Shown piece after piece: positions 1 to 7,408 of a stretch of DNA of 32,000 nucleotides. Both the position numbers and the translations under genes were made by a program. Source of the DNA: Cylindrospermopsis raciborskii Cr2010. Lineage in GTDB: Bacteria; Cyanobacteriota; Cyanobacteriia; Cyanobacteriales; Nostocaceae. The notes beneath the pieces were generated by a model that was not told the origin of the DNA, ran no database searches, and saw only the letters and a list, made by a program, of their open reading frames with translations. The DNA is taken from NCBI RefSeq assembly GCF_003367075.2, contig NZ_CP065936.1, positions 1,110,001 through 1,142,000 on the forward strand, given 5' to 3'. Each line of letters opens with the position of its first letter. The stretch's first letter is position 1.

Positions 1-25
1 ACAATAAGTAACAAGAGTGAAAAAA

Positions 26-72
26 TAGGTCGCCCCTGGTGTCTTTGCTCGACGATATTCCATATTATAATT
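26..72 (+). repeat. Left copy of a 47-bp direct repeat bracketing the tandem array
   Basis: TAGGTCGCCCCTGGTGTCTTTGCTCGACGATATTCCATATTATAATT; 2 mismatches to 2937..2983. Confidence 0.95.
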
Positions 73-93
73 AATGAAACAGAAAAGGATAAC

Positions 94-2670
94 CCAACAA
101 ACCAACAGAGAGAAAAACAGATACCCTTAAAACATTATATAATCCCGTAGGTTGGGTTGAGGAACGAAACCCAACAAACCCCACTGTTAATTATAGTCCA
201 TGTGAACTCCTTGTATTATAGGGTGAGCGGTTTGATTTTACTTCCAGCGATCGCCTGTTTTTAAAAATATTTACCGTAGGTTGGGTTGAGGAACGAAACC
301 CAACAAACCCCACTGTTAATTATAGTCCATGTGAACTCCTTGTATTATAGGGTGGGCGGTTTGATTTTACTTCCAGCGATCGCCTGTTTTTAAAAACATT
401 TACCGTAGGTTGGATTGAGAAAACCCAACAAACCCCACTGTTAATTATAGTCCATGTGAACTCCTTGTATTATAGGGTGGGCGGTTTGATTTTACTTCCA
501 GCGATCGCCTGTTTTTAAAAACATTTACCGTAGGTTGGATTGAGAAAACCCAACAAACCCCACTGTTAATTATAGTTTATGTGAACTCCTTGTCTTATAG
601 GGTGAGCGGTTTGATTTTACTTCCAGCGATCGCCTGTTTTTAAAAACATTTACCGTAGGTTGGATTAAGAAAACCCAACAAACCAACAGAGAGAAAAACA
701 GATACCCTTAAAACATCATATAATCCCGTAGGTTGGGTTGAGGAACGAAACCCAACAAACCCCACTGTTAATCATAGTCTATGTGAACTCCTTGTATTAT
801 AGGGTGGGCGGTTTGATTTTACTTCCAGCGATCGCCTGTTTTTAAAAACATTTACCGTAGGTTGGATTGAGAAAACCCAACAAACCCCACTGTTAATTAT
901 AGTCCATGTGAACTCCTTGTATTATAGGGTGGGCGGTTTGATTTTACTTCCAGCGATCGCCTGTTTTTAAAAACATTTACCGTAGGTTGGGTTGAGGAAC
1001 GAAACCCAACAAACCAACAGATACCCTTAAAACATTATATAATCCCGTAGGTTAGATTGAGAAAACCCAACAAACCTCACCGTTAATTATAGTCTATGTG
1101 AACTCCTTGTCTTATAGGGTGGGCGGTTTGATTTTACTTCCAGCGATCGCCTGTTTTTAAAAACATTTACCGTAGGTTGGATTGAGAAAACCCAACAAAC
1201 CCCACTGTTAATTATAGTTTATGTGAACTCCTTGTCTTATAGGGTGAGCGGTTTGATTTTACTTCCAGCGATCGCCTGTTTTTAAAAACATTTACCGTAG
1301 GTTGGATTAAGAAAACCCAACAAACCAACAGAGAGAAAAACAGATACCCTTAAAACATCATATAATCCCGTAGGTTGGGTTGAGGAACGAAACCCAACAA
1401 ACCCCACTGTTAATCATAGTCTATGTGAACTCCTTGTCTTATAGGGTGATCGGTTTGATTTTACTTCCAGCGATCGCCTGTTTTTAAAAACATTTACCGT
1501 AGGTTGGATTGAGAAAACCCAACAAACCCCACTGTTAATTATAGTTTATGTGAACTCCTTGTCTTATAGGGTGATCGGTTTGATTTTACTTCCAGCGATC
1601 GCCTGTTTTTAAAAACATTTACCGTAGGTTGGATTGAGAAAACCCAACAAACCCCACTGTTAATTATAGTTTATGTGAACTCCTTGTATTATAGGGTGGG
1701 CGGTTTGATTTTACTTCCAGCGATCGCCTGTTTTTAAAAACATTTACCGTAGGTTGGGTTGAGAAAACCTAACAAACCCCACTGTTAATTATAGTCCATG
1801 TGAACTCCTTGTCTTATAGGGTGGGCGGTTTGATTTTACTTCCAGCGATCGCCTGTTTTTAAAAACATTTACCGTAGGTTGGGTTGAGGAACGAAACCCA
1901 ACAAACCAACAGATACCCTTAAAACATTATATAATCCCATAGGTTAGATTGAGAAAACCCAACAAACCTCACCGTTAATTATAGTCTATGTGAACTCCTT
2001 GTCTTATAGGGTGATCGGTTTGATTTTACTTCCAGCGATCGCCTTTAAAAACATTTACCGTAGGTTGGATTGAGAAAACCCAACAAACCCCACTGTTAAT
2101 TATAGTTTATGTGAACTCCTTGTATTATAGGGTGGGCGGTTTGATTTTACTTCCAGCGATCGCCTGTTTTAAAAACATTTACCGTAGGTTGGGTTGAGGA
2201 ACGAAACCCAACAAACCCCACTGTTAATTATAGTCCATGTGAACTCCTTGTATTATAGGGTGGGCGGTTTGATTTTACTTCCAGCGATCGCCTGTTTTTA
2301 AAAATATTTACCGTAGGTTGGATTAAGAAAACCCAACAAACCAACAGAGAGAAAAACAGATACCCTTAAAACATTATATAATCCCGTAGGTTGGGTTGAG
2401 GAACGAAACCCAACAAACCCCACTGTTAATTATAGTTTATGTGAACTCCTTGTATTATAGGGTGGGCGGTTTGATTTTACTTCCAGCGATCGCCTGTTTT
2501 TAAAAACATTTACCGTAGGTTGGATTGAGAAAACCCAACAAACCCCACTGTTAATTATAGTTTATGTGAACTCCTTGTCTTATAGGGTGAGCGGTTTGAT
2601 TTTACTTCCAGCGATCGCCTGTTTTTAAAAACATTTACCGTAGGTTGGATTGAGAAAACCCAACCTACGG
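94..2670. repeat. Large non-coding tandem array: 17 long units (~121-129 bp) and 5 interspersed short units (65 or 73 bp), ending in a terminal palindrome
   Basis: Repeat anchors GTAGGTTGG(G/A)TT at 147,276,405,530,655,728,857,982,1047,1172,1297,1370,1499,1624,1749,1874,1939,2060,2184,2313,2386,2515,2640. Long units contain CCCCACTGTTAAT..GTGAACTCCTTGTMTTATAGGGTG..CCAGCGATCGCCTG..TTAAAAACATTTACC. Short units contain CAGATACCCTTAAAACATYATATAATCCC. Confidence 0.97.
2638..2670. repeat. Terminal palindrome closing the array
   Basis: CCGTAGGTTGG (2638-2648) pairs perfectly with CCAACCTACGG (2660-2670). Confidence 0.93.
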
Positions 2671-2761
2671 GACTATATAATTATTCAAGGTTATACAGCA
2701 GATTCTTTTGTTATGATGTACTTCATGAAAGTGGAAAGTGCTGTATGTGTGTATCTCCCTG

Positions 2762-2799
2762 TTGGTTTGTTGGGTTTCGTTCCTCAACCCAACCTACGA
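2762..2799 (-). repeat. Isolated inverted copy of the array hairpin module
   Basis: TTGGTTTGTTGGGTTTCGTTCCTCAACCCAACCTACGAG is the reverse complement of the GTAGGTTGGGTTGAGGAACGAAACCCAACAAACC module. Confidence 0.9.
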
Positions 2800-2936
2800 G
2801 ACTATATCAAAGGAATTTATGTTAAAAGAAGTCAATATTGGCACTTTGATAAAAAGCGATCGCACTTTTCATGGGGGTTGTCCCATGATTGCGGGAACTG
2901 GTGTTACCGTATGAAGAATAGTAATCTAGTATAAAT

Positions 2937-2983
2937 TAGGTCGCTCCTGGTGTTTTTGCTCGACGATATTCCATATTATAATT
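2937..2983 (+). repeat. Right copy of the 47-bp direct repeat bracketing the tandem array
   Basis: TAGGTCGCTCCTGGTGTTTTTGCTCGACGATATTCCATATTATAATT. Confidence 0.95.
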
Positions 2984-3037
2984 GGTGGAATACAGGAGTA
3001 TGTTTGGATCAATCCGTTGAAAAAGAATTTTGGTGTC

Positions 3038-3061
3038 AGACAGGGAATTCATTCCCTGTCT
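3038..3061. terminator. Strong stem-loop, possibly a terminator or mobile-element end
   Basis: AGACAGGGAAT-TC-ATTCCCTGTCT, 11-bp perfect arms; no obvious poly-T tract. Confidence 0.5.
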
Positions 3062-3113
3062 CACCATTGAGAGCGAAATGCGATCGCCTACCTCTAATTC
3101 ATAGATAAACCGG

Positions 3114-3365
3114 TCAATTAATCAGAATCTGTCTTACCAGAATACTCATGACCTCCCCTGGGTTACTAGTCGGTATCGGATCACTCCAATCAGTTGCATG
3201 GGCATAACCAAGCACATGTAGATAGTGAATCGTACTAATAACTGTCTTTTTCGATCCAATTAACAGGTGCTTTAATGGTTCCCTGCGATCGCTTTCTGGA
3301 ACTACCGTAGGGCCAACTACTCTAGTTTCGTTGACATTGCCAATAAAATTCTTAGTCTGTGTCAT
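3114..3365 (-). CDS. Small hypothetical protein, 83 aa (start re-assigned to the internal Met of the listed ORF)
   Basis: MTQTKNFIGNVNETRVVGPTVVPESDRREPLKHLLIGSKKTVISTIHYLHVLGYAHATDWSDPIPTSNPGEVMSILVRQILIN; well-composed small globular protein, looks like a conserved cyanobacterial hypothetical. Confidence 0.65.
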   Translation of the reverse strand: MTQTKNFIGNVNETRVVGPTVVPESDRREPLKHLLIGSKKTVISTIHYLHVLGYAHATDWSDPIPTSNPGEVMSILVRQILIN

Positions 3366-3840
3366 AATTTGATTACCTCTGAGAAAGGGGTGTAAGGTGA
3401 TCTGGAATTCTTGGCCGAACCGCCCGATCACCTTACTTTTAAGTATAAAACTAATTGAACAGATATGCAAGGGGTTTATAGAAAATAATTAACAAAATTT
3501 GTAAATCTTTTCGACTTGTCAAGCATAAATGAAAAGTATAGGAATTTCTGACTCACCCCCTGGTATCCCTTCCCTAGTTTTTTGTAGGTTCGGTTGATGA
3601 AGGAAACCCAAGCCAGGTTACATTTATATATTTACTATGTTGGTATAGACGTGGTTAAATATAACCCCAAGGATTTTTAGGAAATCCCCTGTTCTGGAAG
3701 TAGCAATTAAGTTGGCTGAAAAGACTAATGATCTGGTTATTGGTTTATGTATATGGTATGAGTTACCAATTAGGAATCTAAGAACCTAATTGCTTGAATC
3801 AGGGTGTGACCGTTCAATTGAGATTAAGGATAGTTTATCT

Positions 3841-4008
3841 ATGAATTTAATCGACAATAACGTGCTATTCACCCAGGTCGTTGATAGAGAATCTGTTAGT
3901 ATCAATGGTGGTGGTCTCTTGGAAATAGTTAATTTGCCTAATGACGTGCTAAATTACTTCCAGAATTTACCATCACAGTTAGAAAATTGGATTCTCGGAT
4001 ATCTTTAA
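3841..4008 (+). CDS. Probable double-glycine-leader peptide precursor 1 (start at internal ATG)
   Basis: MNLIDNNVLFTQVVDRESVSINGGG|LLEIVNLPNDVLNYFQNLPSQLENWILGYL: LF..(V/I)..ES....GG leader; AAGGA upstream of the ATG; upstream of C39 exporter. Confidence 0.7.
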   Translation: MNLIDNNVLFTQVVDRESVSINGGGLLEIVNLPNDVLNYFQNLPSQLENWILGYL

Positions 4009-4112
4009 GTAAAGGTAATTGAATTTGGGTTTCAGGTATTGGTGTTTGCGAGAACGCCTACCTGAGACTCAATTTTACCTATAAACTCTTTCCTAAGCGT
4101 TCTAGCTAAGTG

Positions 4113-4224
4113 GGTGGAATTAAATATAAGATGAACGTAGGTTGGGTTGAAGTATGAAACCCAACACCCGCATGGGTTACGCTACCGCTAACCCATCCTA
4201 CAAATAATTGTGCCTCCCTACTTA
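4113..4224 (+). repeat. Dispersed ~100-bp repeat, copy A
   Basis: GGTGGAATTAAATATAAGATGAACGTAGGTTGGGTTGAAGTATGAAACCCAAC...CATCCTACAAATAATTGTGCCTCCCTACTTA. Confidence 0.93.
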
Positions 4225-4496
4225 AAGCTATAAATTAGATTGCCAACCTCAAGTTTTTAAAAATAAGGTCCCCAATTTCTTCATGGAAGTTGGGGATTTT
4301 TTGTGAGGAAGGGGGGATGTATTTTTGAGAAGTTGTTTTTCCTCAAGTTGGTAATTAGGTTGGTTGGAAATATCAATGATCTGGCTATTGGTTTCTGGAT
4401 ATTGTATTAACAAGCAAGCAGTTGAGGGACTTACAAAGAAGCAATCAACTTCTAGCTTAAAACAAATCTAATCACAAGATCAAGGAGTATTGTATC

Positions 4497-4685
4497 ATGC
4501 AAGTAATCGAAAAGAACTCATTATTCGCTCAAGTTTCTGGTGAACAGTCTGCTGTTGTTAGTGGTGGTGCTGTTGGAGAGTTTTATGATGCCGCTGCATA
4601 CGCCATAGTAGCAGCTTTTCTTGGTGTTGATCCTGATCTTATTAAGTTCCAAGCAGTTAACATCTTGTTTGGTCCTCTGGTGTAA
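4497..4685 (+). CDS. Probable double-glycine-leader peptide precursor 2
   Basis: MQVIEKNSLFAQVSGEQSAVVSGG|AVGEFYDAAAYAIVAAFLGVDPDLIKFQAVNILFGPLV; GG leader, Ala-rich hydrophobic core, AAGGAG RBS. Confidence 0.8.
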   Translation: MQVIEKNSLFAQVSGEQSAVVSGGAVGEFYDAAAYAIVAAFLGVDPDLIKFQAVNILFGPLV

Positions 4686-4769
4686 GATATCTAATAAGTC
4701 ATATCAATCACATAATGTGTCATTCTTTCTCAAGTAAACATATTTATTGTTGACTGGGATACACACATT

Positions 4770-4836
4770 AGACCTCTCCGAAATTGAAGCTCAAATCCCC
4801 CATAAACTGGTGGAAATAGAGTTTTAGGAGAGGTCT
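4770..4836. repeat. Inverted-repeat element between precursor 2 and precursor 3
   Basis: AGACCTCTCC (4770-4779) and GGAGAGGTCT (4827-4836): perfect 10-bp arms, with AAA/TTT pairing just inside (CCgAAA / TTTTaGG). Confidence 0.75.
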
Positions 4837-4865
4837 ATTCATTGAATTATGGAGAAATAAATTAC

Positions 4866-5093
4866 ATGGCACAAAATAATTTATTTACTGAAATATCAGA
4901 AGAAGAATCTGCAACTATTAAAGGTGGTGGATTCCTTGAAGCTGCTGCATATCTCATAGTAATGCAATCACTATTTCCTTTTATTGCGTATAGTCCAGAG
5001 GTAATAAATACAGCGCTTTTATTTCTTACTGGTGTGCTATCGTTCCCTCAAAATAATAATACAAACCCAAGCAACCTCTCAAAAGATAATTAG
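4866..5093 (+). CDS. Probable double-glycine-leader peptide precursor 3 (start at internal ATG)
   Basis: MAQNNLFTEISEEESATIKGGG|FLEAAAYLIVMQSLFPFIAYSPEVINTALLFLTGVLSFPQNNNTNPSNLSKDN; canonical GG leader, GGAG RBS upstream. Confidence 0.83.
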   Translation: MAQNNLFTEISEEESATIKGGGFLEAAAYLIVMQSLFPFIAYSPEVINTALLFLTGVLSFPQNNNTNPSNLSKDN

Positions 5094-5216
5094 AGATAAT
5101 TAGAGATAATTAGAAAATTGGAAGGATAGGTCTTTCCCACATTAAGATTTAAAGCTGATTCAATATCAAAAAACAATGGGATTAGACCCCACAAACATGA
5201 TATACATTCAATAACT

Positions 5217-7367
5217 ATGAAATACCCCCATATTTCCCAACACAGTGAAGAAGACTGTGGCGCTGCTTGCTTAGCGGCGATCGCCAAATATTATGGCAAA
5301 AATTTCACTATCACTCGCATCCGAGAATCCGTGGGTACAAGCCAATTCGGTACCACCTTATTAGGTCTACAAAGAGGAGCTAAAACCTTGGGTTTTAAAG
5401 CTTCAACAGTCAGAACTTCACCAGAAATTCTCAAAAGATTAAACGAAGCACCCCTACCAGCAATCATTCATTGGCACGGAAATCACTGGGTGGTTTTTTA
5501 TGGTAAAAAGGGTGAAAAGTATATAATCTCTGACCCAGGAGCAGGGGTACGTTACCTCTGTGAAGAAGACTTTATAGAGGGTTGGAATGATTGGTTAATG
5601 CTATTGCTAGAACCCAGTCCAGAAGAGTTTTTAAAAACAGAAGAAGATAAAATAGGTGGCTTTTGGCGTTTCTTTAAACAGGTGTGGAGTTTTCGGGGAA
5701 TTCTCGCCCAAGCTCTACCGCTCAATTTATTATTAGGACTGCTATCTCTAGCTTCCCCCTTTTTATTACAAATTCTTACTGATGATGTGCTAGTACGGGG
5801 TGATACTAAATTACTCACAACTATGGTTATTGCTGTGGTTGTGATGAATCTTATTTCCAGTAGTCTATCTTGGGTGCAATCTAATTTAATCGCCCATTTT
5901 GCCCAACGTCTCCAATTGGGACTGGTGATGGAATTTGGTAGACAAATTTTGCACTTACCCCTGTCTTATTACGAAGCTCGTCGCAGTGGGGAAATTACTA
6001 GTCGTCTCCAAGATATTAAGCAAATCAATCAGTTGGTTACTCAAGTAGTTGTCAGTTTACCTAGCAAATTTTTTATTGCTCTGATTTCTCTTGGTCTGAT
6101 GGCTTTTTATAGCTGGAAGTTAACTTTGGTGGCTATGGTAATTGCTGGGGTTATGACTATTACTCCTTTGGTGTTTCAACCTAAATTACAGCAAAAAACC
6201 CGGGAACTACTGGTTAAAGATGCGGAAACTCAGGGTGTATTGGTGGAAACTTTTAAGGGTGCTCTAACTCTCAAAACTACTACTGCTGGTAATCAATTCC
6301 TAGAAGAGTTCCAAGTTCGATTTGGCAAGTTGGCTAATTTAACTTTGGACACTATGCAAATTGGTATTATTAATAATACCTTTTCTGGCTTTATCTCCTC
6401 TATTGGTAGTATTATCCTCCTCTGGTTTGGTGGTCATTTAGTGATTAATCCCAGTGAAAATCTCAGTATTGGTCAATTACTGGCTTTTAATTCGATGAAT
6501 GCTAATTTCCTGGGTCTCATAACTACTGTTATCAGTTTTGTCCAGGAATTTACCCGCGCTAAAACAGCAGTGCAAAGACTGACGGAAGTGATAGATACCA
6601 CTCCAGAAAGTGACTATGATGGTAAAAAGCCTTTTGCTAAAATCGCTGATGATGCTAAAATCACTTGCACTAATATCAACTTTCATTATGCTGGGAGACT
6701 TGACTTATTAGAAGACTTTTCTTTAACTATTCCCGGTGGTCAAGTCGTGGCTTTAATCGGTAAGTCAGGATGTGGTAAAAGTACCTTGGCTAAATTAATC
6801 GCTGGGTTATATACCATCCAATCTGGAAATATTCGCATTGGACTCTATAACCAACAAGATTTGTCTTTAGAATCTTTACGTCAACAGGTGATTCTAGTTC
6901 CCCAGGAACCCCATTTCTGGAGTCGTTCTATTGTGGAAAACTTTCGGTTGGGCGCACCTCACGTTAGTTTTGAGCAGATTGTCCGAGCTTGTGAAATTGC
7001 TGGTGCTGATGAATTTGTCAGTAAATTACCCGCAAAATATCAAACTATATTGGGTGAATTTGGTGCTAATATTTCCGGTGGTCAAAGACAACGATTAGCT
7101 ATAGCTAGGGCTATTGTTACAGATCCACCAATTCTAATTTTGGATGAGTCTACCGGGGGACTAGACCCGGTCAGTGAAGCACAGGTTTTAGATCAGTTAT
7201 TTGAACATCGTCAAGGAAAAACTACTATTTTAATCACCCATCGTCCCCAGGTAATCAATCGTGCTGATTGGGTCATTATGTTGGATGGAGGAAAACTCCA
7301 ATCCCAAGGATCTTTAGAAGAATTGAAATTCAGACGAGGGGAACACCAAGACTTTATTCTGCTTTAA
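5217..7367 (+). CDS. Peptidase C39-containing bacteriocin/peptide-exporting ABC transporter (peptidase, TMD and ATPase domains)
   Basis: C39 motifs: Cys EEDCGAACLAAI, His HWHGNHWVVFYG, Asp ISDPGAG. ABC motifs: Walker A GKSGCGKST, signature ISGGQRQR, Walker B ILILDEST, H-loop ITHRP. Confidence 0.96.
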   Translation: MKYPHISQHSEEDCGAACLAAIAKYYGKNFTITRIRESVGTSQFGTTLLGLQRGAKTLGFKASTVRTSPEILKRLNEAPLPAIIHWHGNHWVVFYGKKGEKYIISDPGAGVRYLCEEDFIEGWNDWLMLLLEPSPEEFLKTEEDKIGGFWRFFKQVWSFRGILAQALPLNLLLGLLSLASPFLLQILTDDVLVRGDTKLLTTMVIAVVVMNLISSSLSWVQSNLIAHFAQRLQLGLVMEFGRQILHLPLSYYEARRSGEITSRLQDIKQINQLVTQVVVSLPSKFFIALISLGLMAFYSWKLTLVAMVIAGVMTITPLVFQPKLQQKTRELLVKDAETQGVLVETFKGALTLKTTTAGNQFLEEFQVRFGKLANLTLDTMQIGIINNTFSGFISSIGSIILLWFGGHLVINPSENLSIGQLLAFNSMNANFLGLITTVISFVQEFTRAKTAVQRLTEVIDTTPESDYDGKKPFAKIADDAKITCTNINFHYAGRLDLLEDFSLTIPGGQVVALIGKSGCGKSTLAKLIAGLYTIQSGNIRIGLYNQQDLSLESLRQQVILVPQEPHFWSRSIVENFRLGAPHVSFEQIVRACEIAGADEFVSKLPAKYQTILGEFGANISGGQRQRLAIARAIVTDPPILILDESTGGLDPVSEAQVLDQLFEHRQGKTTILITHRPQVINRADWVIMLDGGKLQSQGSLEELKFRRGEHQDFILL

Positions 7368-7408
7368 CTTAATCCCTACCCAATTACCCTTCACCCCATC
7401 TACCCAGT

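Noticed and set aside
94-2670. Possible CRISPR array
   Set aside because: Repeats are 65-129 bp and the intervening sequences are themselves near-identical; there are no unique 30-40 bp spacers and no cas genes in the window.
2650-2934. Listed 94-aa plus-strand ORF
   Set aside because: It reads through the last array palindrome and the inverted lone copy (QPNLRDYI appears twice because of the repeat); low-complexity origin, not a credible protein.
3841-5093. Lanthipeptide, cyanobactin or microviridin precursors
   Set aside because: Cores lack Cys and cyanobactin/microviridin recognition motifs, and no corresponding modification enzyme is visible in the window.
5090-5287. 65-aa minus-strand ORF overlapping the C39 ABC gene start
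   Set aside because: Antisense to the conserved C39 active-site region; no independent coding signal.
5552-6686. Antisense ORFs at 5552..5818 and 6477..6686
   Set aside because: Lie fully inside the ABC transporter coding frame on the opposite strand; shadow ORFs.
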